Source: Elusimicrobiota bacterium (GTDB lineage Bacteria > Elusimicrobiota > Elusimicrobia > UBA1565 > UBA9628). From it: 64,000 bases of DNA. This document shows, piece after piece, positions 8,982 to 17,577 of this stretch. Position numbers and translations under genes: made by a program. Under the pieces are notes generated by a model that did not search any database, was not told the origin of the DNA, and saw nothing but the letters and a program-made list of their open reading frames with translations. Numbering within the stretch: the first letter of the stretch is position 1; every line of letters starts with the position of its first letter. The stretch lies in contig JACRDT010000012.1 of assembly GCA_016212795.1 (NCBI GenBank), positions 19,975 to 83,974 of the forward strand. Reading direction: 5' to 3'.

Positions 8982-9794
8982 ATGACAGAGCAGATCCAGA
9001 TCGATGCGAAGATTAGGGAAGGCGGCGGGCGCGACACGCGCAAGGTCCTCTCCGACCTGCGGGCCAAGGCCAGCATCCCGGGCGTCGTCTACGGCGGGAA
9101 GAAGCCGTCCGTGAAGGTGTCGCTGTGCGTCAAGGACCTCATGACGGCCAGGAAGAAGGGGGGCGTCAACGCCATCCTGCGCCTGAAGCTCGGCGCGGAC
9201 GTCGAGACCGTCATCGTCAAGGACATCCAGCGCCACCCGGTCACCGAGGCTCCGATCCACGCCGATTTCCAGCGGATCTCGCTCACCGAGAAGATCGAGG
9301 CCAAGGTGCCGGTCCACATCGTGGGCGAGGCGCCGGGCGTCAAGTCCGAGGGCGGCATCCTGCAGCACGAGCTGCGCGTCATCACGGTGCGGGCCCTGCC
9401 GGCGGCCATCCCGCAGAACATCCCGGTGGACATCTCGAACCTCAAGCTCAACGACCGCTTCCTCGTCAAGGACCTCAAGGTCGGCGAGGGCGTGGAAGTG
9501 CTGCACAACCCGGAGCAGACCCTGGTCCATGTGACCATGGTCAAGGAAGAGGTCATCGAGGTGGCTCCTGTCGCGGGCGCGGAAGGCGTCGTCGCCGAGG
9601 GCGCCGAGCCCGAGGTCATCGCCAAGGGCAAGAAGCCCGTCGAGGGCGAGGAAGGCGAGGAGGCCGCCCCCGCGGAGAAGGGCAAGGCTCCCGCGGCGGC
9701 GGCGGGCAAGGCCCCCGCCGCGCCGGCGGGCAAGGCCCCTGCCGCGCCGGCGGGCAAGGCCCCGGCGGAGAAGCCCGGCAAGCCCGCCAAGTAG
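8982..9794 (+). CDS. rplY: 50S ribosomal protein L25 / general stress protein Ctc with Ala/Pro/Lys-rich C-terminal tail
   Basis: L25/Ctc beta-barrel N-domain (KASIPGVVYGGKKPSVKVSL..); C-terminal low-complexity repeats AGKAPAAPAGKAPAAPAGKAP. Confidence 0.85.
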   Translation: MTEQIQIDAKIREGGGRDTRKVLSDLRAKASIPGVVYGGKKPSVKVSLCVKDLMTARKKGGVNAILRLKLGADVETVIVKDIQRHPVTEAPIHADFQRISLTEKIEAKVPVHIVGEAPGVKSEGGILQHELRVITVRALPAAIPQNIPVDISNLKLNDRFLVKDLKVGEGVEVLHNPEQTLVHVTMVKEEVIEVAPVAGAEGVVAEGAEPEVIAKGKKPVEGEEGEEAAPAEKGKAPAAAAGKAPAAPAGKAPAAPAGKAPAEKPGKPAK

Positions 9795-9806
9795 GATACC
9801 GCTGGC

Positions 9807-10379
9807 GTGGCGCTGCGCCTGGTCGTCGGCCTGGGCAACCCCGGGCCGCGCTACGCCAGGACGCGACACAACGCGGGCTTCAGGGTCGTGGAGGCCCTGG
9901 CGGGTGCGGAGTCCCGCTGGCGGGACTTCCGGGGTCTCGGGCGTTGCGTCCGGCGGGAGGGGGTCGTGGTGGCCGAACCGCTGACCTACATGAACGACTC
10001 CGGGAGCTTCGTCTCGGCGCTCTGCCGCTTCCACAAGGTCCAGGCGGCCGAGCTGCTGGTGTGCTTCGACGACATCTCCCTGCCCCTGGGGAGGCTCCGG
10101 CTCAAGGCCGCGGGATCGTCCGGCGGCCAGAAGGGCATGGAGTCCATCATCGCGCACCTGGGGACCGCCGCCATCCCGAGGCTGCGCGTGGGGGTGGGGC
10201 CGCTGCCCCCGGGCTGGGAGGCGACCGACTTCGTCCTGGGGCGCTTCGCGGCGGCCGAGGAGACCGTGTTCGCCCGGGCGGTCCTGGACGCCGCCGACGC
10301 GGTGCGCGTCGCCCTCCAAGACGGGCTCGAGGCGGCGATGAACAGATTTAACTCGCCCCCCCCGCGGGGGGGCGAGTAG
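9807..10379 (+). CDS. pth: Peptidyl-tRNA hydrolase
   Basis: LVVGLGNPGPRYARTRHNAGF, MNDSG, CFDDISLPLG motifs; GTG start; the C-terminal ~8 codons run into the G/C hairpin repeat, so the true 3' end may be slightly variable. Confidence 0.85.
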   Translation: MALRLVVGLGNPGPRYARTRHNAGFRVVEALAGAESRWRDFRGLGRCVRREGVVVAEPLTYMNDSGSFVSALCRFHKVQAAELLVCFDDISLPLGRLRLKAAGSSGGQKGMESIIAHLGTAAIPRLRVGVGPLPPGWEATDFVLGRFAAAEETVFARAVLDAADAVRVALQDGLEAAMNRFNSPPPRGGE

Positions 10380-10465
10380 TGGGGGGGCATATTCTGTTTC
10401 ATAAGGAACTCCTTAATAAAACGGCATCGGCCCCCCGCTACTCGCCCCCCGCGGGGGGGCGAGTG
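10352..10465 (+). repeat. Composite ~115-bp imperfect palindrome built from two head-to-head copies of a ~48-bp unit (CGGCATYGG-Cn-GCTACTCG-C7-GCG-G7-CGAGTGA), each containing a C7-GCG-G7 hairpin
   Basis: 10352-10376 hairpin CTCG-C8-GC-G7-CGAG; 10441-10463 hairpin CTCG-C6-GCG-G7-CGAG; the left half is the reverse complement of the unit; central spacer AAGGAACTCCTT is itself palindromic; related copies at 30786-30826 and 49297-49375. Confidence 0.85.
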
Positions 10466-10500
10466 ACTTGGGGGCGAGTGACTTGGAGGCGAGTGATATG
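10457..10500 (+). repeat. Three tandem ~14-15 bp units G(G/A)GGCGAGTGA(C/T)(T/A)TG immediately 5' of, and overlapping, the ATG of the next gene
   Basis: gggcgagtgacttg / ggggcgagtgacttg / gaggcgagtgatATG read directly from the sequence. Confidence 0.8.
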
Positions 10501-10719
10501 AGCCCAGAGGCGAAGGTCATCGTCGGCATCGTCTTCCTGCTCCTGGGCCTGGGCTACACCTACCGGCCCGGCCTCATCCAGCGCATGAACGCTTTCCTGC
10601 GGGAATACGTGCTCAACGACGCCCGCATCGCGTTGGAGCGCAGGAAGTGGGGGATGTTCTTCCTCCTGATGAGCCTTCTGTTCATCTACATGGGCTACAC
10701 GGCCATGGGCCTGAGATGA
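10498..10719 (+). CDS. Small two-TM membrane protein (73 aa), hypothetical
   Basis: MSPEAKVIVGIVFLLLGLGYTY..FFLLMSLLFIYMGYTAMGLR; stop overlaps pmbA start (ATGA), implying translational coupling. Confidence 0.5.
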   Translation: MSPEAKVIVGIVFLLLGLGYTYRPGLIQRMNAFLREYVLNDARIALERRKWGMFFLLMSLLFIYMGYTAMGLR

Positions 10720-12074
10720 AGCGCGCTCTCGTCGACCTCGCCCTCCGCTCCCTGGACTGGATCAAAAAGCAGTCGGCCAGCCTCGAGGCCGAGGTGTTCC
10801 TGGCCTCGGGCGAGGACCGCGGCATCGAGCTGAGGAACGGGGTGCTCGAAAGCCTCCAGAGCGTCAAGTCCGAGGGCGTGGGGTTGAGGGTGCTCGACGG
10901 CGGCAGGGTGGGCTTCGCCTCGGCGGGGGGGATGGACCTGGAGACGGTCCAGGGCCTCTACCGGAAGGTCGCCGAGCTCATGGAGCACCTCGAGCCCGAC
11001 GACAAGATGGGCTTCCCCGCGGCCGCGAAGGACTTTTCCCCGGAGGAGGCGTTCGAGGCTTCCCTGTGGGACGACTCCTTGTTCGGCGGCAGGCTGGAGG
11101 GCTGGCAGCGGCGCCTCGGCGCGGTCCAGGCGCGGGTCATGGGCGGCGACAAGCGCATCCGGACGGTCCTGCGGCTCGGCTACGGCGAGTCGCGCGGCGA
11201 GGTGGTGGTCGCCAACACGAGAGGGGTCGCGGCCTACGAGAGGGGCTCGTCGGCCACGGTGGGGCTTTCGGTGCTCGCGGCGGGCAAGGATGAGGAGCTC
11301 CAGGTCGGGGCCGCCTTCCAGTCCTCCCGGCGCAAAGCCGATCTCGACCTCGACCGGCTCGCCGACGACGGCGCCCGGCGCGCCACCTCGCTCCTCGACG
11401 CCCGCAAGCTGCCGGGCGGCCGCCGGGCGGTGGTCATCGACCCCTGGGTGGCCGGCGAGCTGCTGGACCTGGTGGCGGAGCTCCTCTGCGCCGACTCGGT
11501 CCAGCGGGGAAAATCCATGCTGGCGGGCAGGATCGGCCGCCGGATCGGCTCGGAGCTCGTCACCATCGTCGATGACCCGAAGATCGCCGGCGGCATCGCC
11601 AGCTCCGTCTACGACGACGAGGGCTGCCCGACCGTCAGGAAGACCATGGTCGAGCGGGGCGTCCTGCGGGACTATTTCTACGACACGTACACGGCCAACA
11701 AGGATGGGCGCCCGTCCAACGCCAGCGCCAGCCGCGGCTCCTACAGGGGCATCCCCGGGCCCGCTCCCTCCAACCTCCACATGGCCGCGGGCTCGACTTC
11801 GCGCGAGAAGGTCATCGCGGACACCAACGACGGCATCCTGGTCCTCGACATCCTGGGGATGCACATGGTCGACCCGGTCGCCGGCGAGATCTCGGTCGGG
11901 GTCTCGGGCATCGCCATCGAAGGCGGGCGCTTGACCCACGCCGTCAAAGGTTGCATGATATCGGGCAACATCCTGGAGCTCCTCGGGGGGATCGACATGG
12001 TCGGTGATGACCTGACGTTCTACGGCGCGCTGGGCTCGCCCACGTTCCGGATATCGGAGATGACGGTGGCGTGA
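10716..12074 (+). CDS. pmbA: TldE/PmbA-family metalloprotease component (cytoplasmic, no HExxxH)
   Basis: 452 aa; PmbA/TldD fold signatures (..GYGESRGEVVVANTRGV.., ..GILVLDILGMHMVDPVAGEISVGVSGIAIEGG..); ATG 10716 overlaps upstream stop. Confidence 0.75.
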   Translation: MKRALVDLALRSLDWIKKQSASLEAEVFLASGEDRGIELRNGVLESLQSVKSEGVGLRVLDGGRVGFASAGGMDLETVQGLYRKVAELMEHLEPDDKMGFPAAAKDFSPEEAFEASLWDDSLFGGRLEGWQRRLGAVQARVMGGDKRIRTVLRLGYGESRGEVVVANTRGVAAYERGSSATVGLSVLAAGKDEELQVGAAFQSSRRKADLDLDRLADDGARRATSLLDARKLPGGRRAVVIDPWVAGELLDLVAELLCADSVQRGKSMLAGRIGRRIGSELVTIVDDPKIAGGIASSVYDDEGCPTVRKTMVERGVLRDYFYDTYTANKDGRPSNASASRGSYRGIPGPAPSNLHMAAGSTSREKVIADTNDGILVLDILGMHMVDPVAGEISVGVSGIAIEGGRLTHAVKGCMISGNILELLGGIDMVGDDLTFYGALGSPTFRISEMTVA

Positions 12075-12075
12075 C

Positions 12076-12249
12076 ATGGCGATCGACCCCGAGCTCCTGA
12101 AGATCCTGGCCTGCCCCGTCTGCAAGACCCCCGTGGACTACCGTCCCGCCGAGTCCGCGCTCTTCTGCGCCAAGTGCCGCCGGCGCTTCGCGGTCAAAGA
12201 CGACATCCCCAACATGCTGCCGGACGAGGCGACCGTCCTGCCGGAGTAG
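12076..12249 (+). CDS. Trm112/UPF0434 (DUF343) family small zinc-ribbon protein, 57 aa (not in supplied ORF track)
   Basis: MAIDPELLKILACPVCKTPVDYRPAESALFCAKCRRRFAVKDDIPNML matches the Trm112p-like family consensus (ELLxILxCPxCKgxL...CxxCxxxYPIxDgIPxLL); ATG 1 nt after pmbA stop. Confidence 0.65.
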   Translation: MAIDPELLKILACPVCKTPVDYRPAESALFCAKCRRRFAVKDDIPNMLPDEATVLPE

Positions 12250-12264
12250 TTGCTCCGCGTTGGC

Positions 12265-13920
12265 ATGACGAGCGAATCCCGCCGCTGGATCGCCGTCAGT
12301 TTCGGCGTCTTCATCGGCGTGGAGATCCTGCTGGGGGTCGTGGTGGCCAAGCTCCTCGTCGGGAGCTTCGTCAGCCATGTCACCGCCCTGAAGCTCGAGC
12401 TCATCCTCGTCCTGTCGAGCTATTTCCTCGGGGGCTACATCGTGGGGTACGTCTCCCCCTCGGTGCGGACCTGGGAGCCGGCCGTCGGGGCGGCGCTCGC
12501 CGTGGCGTTCACCTTCCTCATGGGCTTTTTCTCGCCGCTGTGCTTCTTCGGCTTGGCCCTCCGCAGGGCCGGGGTCGGGGCGGCCATCGCCTTCTGCCTG
12601 GCGCTCGCGGGGGCCAGGCTCGGGGAGAAAGCGGCCGCCAAGCATCTCCGGACGCTCGCCCTGGGCTTGCTTGCCGCGGCCTTCTCCCGCCAGGCGCTGG
12701 CCGCCTCGCCGGAGGCCGACAAGGCCATCCCGCAAGACCGCGCCGTGGCCATCTCCAGCCCGGCGCTGGCCGTCTCGCCGGAGGCCGACAAGGAGATCCC
12801 GCCAAGCCACGCCGTGCCTCTCTCCCTCTCGGCGGAGGCCGACAAGATCATCCTGCAGGGGCTTGACGCGGCCTACGGTTTCGACTTCGAGCGCGCCGCC
12901 TCGTTGTTCGCGGCTGTTTCCCAGGGGGCGCCGGAGCATCCCGCCGGTCCGTTCTTTCTCGCCTCCCTCCATTGGCTGGAGTTCTCCCAGAACGCCGACA
13001 TCCCCGGGACGATCGATGCCCTGGAGCCCAAGTTCAACGAGGTGATGGACGAGGCCTTCAGCCGGGCCAAGAAGATGCATGAGAAGAACCGTGACGACCC
13101 GGAGGCGAACTTCTACCTTGGGGCGGCCTACGGCATGAAGGGCCGCTGGCAGCTCCTCAAGCGGCAGTGGATACGCGCCGCTTCCAACGGCTACAAGGGC
13201 TACAAATACCTCCAGAGGACCATCGAGCTCTATCCTGGGTTCTACGACGCCTATCTTGGCCTCGGGATGTACGATTATTATTCCGACACGCTCCCCACCG
13301 TCCTGAAGTTCGCCGCGAACCTCATCGCCCGCGGCGACAAGCAGCGCGGACTGCGCTACATCGATCTGACCATGGCGAAGGGCCACTACAGCGTCACCGA
13401 GGCGAAGCTCTTCCTCGTCGGGGTCCTGGCCGGCTACGAGAAGCGGCCCCAGAGGGCTCTCGAGATCGTCCAAGAGCTGCGCCACGAGCGGCCCAACAAC
13501 CTTTTCTTCATCTTCATGGAGGTGATTGCCCGCATCAACTCCAAGGACTGGTTCGGGGCCATCGCCTTCGGCGAGTTCCTGATCCCGAGGGTGCGGGAGG
13601 TCCCCTATACGAAGCCGCATGTGAGCCTCTTCGACCTTTACCTCGGGGACGCCTATCTGGGAGCCAAGGACTACGACAGGGCGTTGGAGACCCTCAACCG
13701 CTGCATCGAGCAGGCCCCCGAGCCCCGCAAGGCCACGGTCACTTATTGCCGCCTGCGCATGGCGCAGGCCTTCGACCTGCTGGGGCGCCGGGAAGAGGCG
13801 CTGAAGTGCTACGCGGATGTCAAGCGCCGTCCTGATTTCTTCGACTCCCAAGACAAGGCCAAGCGCGGCCTCAAGCGCCCGCCGACCTACGATGAGGTCG
13901 TCGCGCAGTTCTTCGAGTAA
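12265..13920 (+). CDS. Membrane-anchored protein with short SPEADK(A/E)IP repeats and a C-terminal TPR-like (possibly DUF3808/TTC39-like) domain
   Basis: 4 predicted N-terminal TM helices; repeats ALAASPEADKAIPQD / LAVSPEADKEIPPS / LSAEADKIILQG; TPR-like C-terminus; start ATG 12265 or TTG 12250. Confidence 0.55.
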   Translation: MTSESRRWIAVSFGVFIGVEILLGVVVAKLLVGSFVSHVTALKLELILVLSSYFLGGYIVGYVSPSVRTWEPAVGAALAVAFTFLMGFFSPLCFFGLALRRAGVGAAIAFCLALAGARLGEKAAAKHLRTLALGLLAAAFSRQALAASPEADKAIPQDRAVAISSPALAVSPEADKEIPPSHAVPLSLSAEADKIILQGLDAAYGFDFERAASLFAAVSQGAPEHPAGPFFLASLHWLEFSQNADIPGTIDALEPKFNEVMDEAFSRAKKMHEKNRDDPEANFYLGAAYGMKGRWQLLKRQWIRAASNGYKGYKYLQRTIELYPGFYDAYLGLGMYDYYSDTLPTVLKFAANLIARGDKQRGLRYIDLTMAKGHYSVTEAKLFLVGVLAGYEKRPQRALEIVQELRHERPNNLFFIFMEVIARINSKDWFGAIAFGEFLIPRVREVPYTKPHVSLFDLYLGDAYLGAKDYDRALETLNRCIEQAPEPRKATVTYCRLRMAQAFDLLGRREEALKCYADVKRRPDFFDSQDKAKRGLKRPPTYDEVVAQFFE

Positions 13921-13950
13921 GAAGTCCGATGGCGCTCCCGCCGCGCCCGG

Positions 13951-15669
13951 CTACTTCGAGAAGTACGGGTGCCCCAGGACGGGGGGCTTGTCGGGCTTCT
14001 CCTCGGATCTCTTGAGCTCCAGCTCGGCCACCAGGACGTCGGGGTGCACGATGCTGGCGGCGACCTCGCCGCGCGCGTACCGGTAGGGGCCGAGCTGGTA
14101 GTAGTTGAAGACGTGCTCGGCGGAGCCTGCCAGCGCGATGTCCCGCAGGGCCCTCAGGGTCACGCTGGTGAACTGGGCGTTGCGCAAGAGCTCTTCCCGG
14201 CCGTCCTTGACGTAGACCTTGTAGACGAGGGCCGGGGCGGCCAGCATGTCGTTCTCCCCGCGTTTGGCTTCGTCGAAGATGCGCCGGATGACGACCCCGT
14301 AGTCGAGGCCGAAGGCCTTGGCGGCCTTGAGGAGCTCCTCTTTGAGCTCGGCGTCGCCGGCGGTCTTGTCGGCCTTGATGACGAGGTTGCCGATGTGGGC
14401 CGTCGGGAACTCCTCGAAGGCGCCCCGGCCGTGGCCGTTGGAGAGATTTCGCTCCTTCACCGGCGAGCGGCCCATGAGGAGGTCCTTGAGCGTCCCGCGC
14501 TCGATGAGGTCCACCTTCCGGGCGCGGATGCCCTCGTCGTCGACCTTGTAGTACCCGGCCAGGGGGGTGCCCCCGAACTCGCGCAAGGTCGGATCGTCGT
14601 AGACGCTCAGGATGGGCGAGACGACCCTCAGGCCCAGGCGGCTCGCGAAGGACCCCGAGTGGAAGTCGGGCTTCATGCGCTCCTCGTCCTCGAGCCACAG
14701 GGAGCGGGGGAAGGACAGGTTGCGCGCCAGCAACTGGTCGAAGAACTGCCCGGCCGCCTGCCCTTGGAGCAGGACGGGGCCCGTGTAGGGGTCCTCCCAG
14801 TTGGGCGCCGCGGCCAGGGCCGTCAGGTCCTTGGCCAGGGCCTGGGCCTCGGCCTCCAGGGCCTCGTAGGGGGGCAGGGACGCGGGGTCCTGGCGGATGA
14901 CGCGGCGGCGGTCGGAGAGCTTCATGCCGTCGGGCGCCTGGGCGGAGGCTTCCATGTAGACCTCGACGTCGTGGCTGTCCTTCACCACGTCCCGGCTCTG
15001 GCTGTCCGTGACGTAGAGGTGCTGCTGGGTCCAGAACAGGCTGACCTCGGACCGCTGGACGACCGGGTAGGCCTTGAAGACGGCCGAGAGCTTGCGGATG
15101 TTCTCCTCCCAGGCCGCCCGGTCGAAGGAGAGCACCGTCGGGTTCGTCAGGGAGGTGTCCGCCGGATCGGCCGACAGGTCCGGGAGCTCCTCCTTGATGA
15201 GCCGCCGCTGCTTGTAGGCCTTCTTCTTCGAGAGGGTCTCGTGGGCTTCCTTGTAGACCCGGTCCGTCGCCGACCAGAGGTCGAAGCGGAGGGCGTCGTA
15301 GTCGTCGTCGACCACGATCGACTCGGTGTCCGGGCCGAACCGCCAGCCGCCGCGCTCGACGTAGTGGGTGTTGTCGAAGGACGCGTTGCCGACGCGCAGG
15401 TCGACCTTGAGCCTGCGCGAGCGCTCGTCCTGGAAGTCCTTGATCGCGCCGAAGGACCCTTCGACCTCGATGCGGCGGACGTCGCGGGCCGTGTAGGACA
15501 CGAAGTAGGGCGTCCCCAGGCCTCCCATATCGAGGCGGGCCATGGTGCGCTTGAGCTCGTCTTTCATGGCTTTGAGCAGCACCGGGGAGCCCGGGTCCAC
15601 GCCCTCGCCGGAAACGCCGGGCGCGGGCAGGGCCAGGAGGCCGGTGAGGAGGAGTGTCATCGCGGTCAT
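13951..15669 (-). CDS. Secreted TldE/PmbA-like protein (no HExxxH) with signal peptide
   Basis: MTAMTLLLTGLLALPAPGVSG signal peptide; TldD/PmbA C-terminal signatures (..SNGHGRGAFEEFPTAHIGNLVIKADK..); GGGGAGG Shine-Dalgarno; 4-nt overlap with upstream tldD-like gene. Confidence 0.7.
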   Translation of the reverse strand: MTAMTLLLTGLLALPAPGVSGEGVDPGSPVLLKAMKDELKRTMARLDMGGLGTPYFVSYTARDVRRIEVEGSFGAIKDFQDERSRRLKVDLRVGNASFDNTHYVERGGWRFGPDTESIVVDDDYDALRFDLWSATDRVYKEAHETLSKKKAYKQRRLIKEELPDLSADPADTSLTNPTVLSFDRAAWEENIRKLSAVFKAYPVVQRSEVSLFWTQQHLYVTDSQSRDVVKDSHDVEVYMEASAQAPDGMKLSDRRRVIRQDPASLPPYEALEAEAQALAKDLTALAAAPNWEDPYTGPVLLQGQAAGQFFDQLLARNLSFPRSLWLEDEERMKPDFHSGSFASRLGLRVVSPILSVYDDPTLREFGGTPLAGYYKVDDEGIRARKVDLIERGTLKDLLMGRSPVKERNLSNGHGRGAFEEFPTAHIGNLVIKADKTAGDAELKEELLKAAKAFGLDYGVVIRRIFDEAKRGENDMLAAPALVYKVYVKDGREELLRNAQFTSVTLRALRDIALAGSAEHVFNYYQLGPYRYARGEVAASIVHPDVLVAELELKRSEEKPDKPPVLGHPYFSK

Positions 15670-17495
15670 GGGAGCCTCCCCATCCTGTCGTGGTGCGGCG
15701 GCGGCAGTATCGGAGGCTTCTCGGACGCCTTGAACTTCTTCTCCACCTCCACCTCGGTGAGCAGGAGGCTCGGGGCGATGGCCGAGACCGGCACGCTGCC
15801 GGACTCGGCGCCGCAGGTGCCGTTGAAGACGTCGTCGTCGTCCGCCGCGGCGACGATCTTCGTGAACGACGCCAGGGGCGTGCCCACGATGTCCACGCCG
15901 CGGACGACCTCGTCGGGCCTGCCGTCCGGGTAGACCCGGTAGACCAGCAGGGGGATGACCTTGAAGGACTGGGTGGCCCCCCGCCCGGTCATCGTGAACC
16001 CTCCCGAGATGTCGTCGAAGACCAGCCCGTAGGGCTTGCGCTGCAGCTTGATCTGGGCGATGAGCATCTCCCGGAGCTTCGCGTAGGGGACGCTGCGCGA
16101 GGCGGTGACGATGGTGTTGCCCATGCGGGCCACGATCGGGTGCCCGGGCTCCCGCCTGCCGTGCCCGTTGGAGGCCGGGAAGCCCTTGATGGGCGAGCGC
16201 GTCATGAGGAAGCCCTTGAGGATGCCGTTCTCGACCAGGGACACCCGCCGCGCGGGGACGCCCTCGTCGTCGAACTTGTAGAAGCCCCGCAGGAACTGGT
16301 CCTTGAAGCGGGGCAGGGTGGCGTCGTCGGCGACGCTGATGAAGTCCGCGGTGATGGGCTGGCCGAGCTTCTTGGTGAAGGTCTGGCCCTCCCGCTCGAG
16401 CTTCTGGCGGTGCCCCTCGACGCGGTGGCCCATGATCTCATGGAAATAGACCGCCGAGGCGCGGGCGCGGAAGATGGCCGGCCCCGTGTAGGGTTCGACG
16501 AGGGGGGCCTTGGTGAGCGCGTCGAGCTCCCTGGCGGAGCGCTCGATGTCCTGGAGGATCATCGCGTCCGCCGGCAGGCCTTCCAGGGCGTCGGAGTCGT
16601 AGCTCTGATGGCGCATGAGGTCCATGCCGTCGGCGGTCCGGGCCCTCAGGGAGTAGCTCAGGCGCGCGTAGCGGTTGCCGGTCACGACCTCGGTCCTCTC
16701 CGTGTTGACGATGTAGCGGTTGATGGCCTCGGCGTCGAGGCTGACGTGGGAGGCGATGATGAAGGGGTACTTCTTGAAGATGCCCGAGAGGTTCTTGAGG
16801 CGCCGGCGCCAGGCCTCCTTGTCGGGGGCGTGCGGGGGGACGGTCTCGTAGGAACGGGCGGGCTGCTGCAGGGAGAAGTCGTCGGACTTGTCCTCCTCCT
16901 CGGCGGTCACGGCCTTGTTCGTGAGGACCTTGGTGTAGTTCTCGCGGGCGGCCTTGAAGACCCTGTCCGTGTGGAGCCAGATGGCCGACCGGATGGCGTC
17001 CTCGTCGTCGGACTCCGGGAGGGAGGAGGAGCCGCTCCCGTCGCGGTCGAACCACCCGCCCATGCCCTTGACCTGGTGGGTGTTGTCGAACCGCCGGTCG
17101 CCGATGCGGGCGTCGATCGTGAGCTGGCGGGAGTGCCGGTCGGATTCGTAGCGGATGGCGCCGAGCAGGGCGCTCAGGTAGTACTCCTTGTCGTCCTCGA
17201 CCTCGTAGGAGAGGAAATAGAGGGGCGGCTTCTCCGCCAGCTGGAGCGGCTCGAAGGAGCGGCCGAGCTCCTTGCGCAGCGCCCGCAGCAGGGCGTCGTC
17301 GTCCGGCGACCGCGCGCCCTCCAGGGGCGCGCCGGGAGCGGAGGGGACGCTCGCGGGCGGCGCTTCCTTGCGCGAGGCCCCCTCCGGCGAGGGGGCGACG
17401 GCCGGCGCCTTCGGCTGCTGGGACGGCGGGCGCTTGCCTGCCGGCGCGGCGCTCAATGACAGGCACAGCGTGGCGATCCAAAACGGACCAATCAT
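15666..17495 (-). CDS. Secreted TldD-like zinc metalloprotease (HExxxH present)
   Basis: Signal peptide MIGPFWIATLCLSLSAAPA after AGGAGG Shine-Dalgarno; HEIMGHRVEGH motif; ..SNGHGRREPGHPIVARMGNTIV.. family signature; tandem with, and overlapping, the tldE-like gene. Confidence 0.7.
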   Translation of the reverse strand: MIGPFWIATLCLSLSAAPAGKRPPSQQPKAPAVAPSPEGASRKEAPPASVPSAPGAPLEGARSPDDDALLRALRKELGRSFEPLQLAEKPPLYFLSYEVEDDKEYYLSALLGAIRYESDRHSRQLTIDARIGDRRFDNTHQVKGMGGWFDRDGSGSSSLPESDDEDAIRSAIWLHTDRVFKAARENYTKVLTNKAVTAEEEDKSDDFSLQQPARSYETVPPHAPDKEAWRRRLKNLSGIFKKYPFIIASHVSLDAEAINRYIVNTERTEVVTGNRYARLSYSLRARTADGMDLMRHQSYDSDALEGLPADAMILQDIERSARELDALTKAPLVEPYTGPAIFRARASAVYFHEIMGHRVEGHRQKLEREGQTFTKKLGQPITADFISVADDATLPRFKDQFLRGFYKFDDEGVPARRVSLVENGILKGFLMTRSPIKGFPASNGHGRREPGHPIVARMGNTIVTASRSVPYAKLREMLIAQIKLQRKPYGLVFDDISGGFTMTGRGATQSFKVIPLLVYRVYPDGRPDEVVRGVDIVGTPLASFTKIVAAADDDDVFNGTCGAESGSVPVSAIAPSLLLTEVEVEKKFKASEKPPILPPPHHDRMGRLP

Positions 17496-17577
17496 GTGTC
17501 CTCCTGCAGACGGTAGATTGTAGTACACACGGCAAGGAGTCCGCTAGTTGACAGTCGGGTGGCATAGGAGGCATCAT

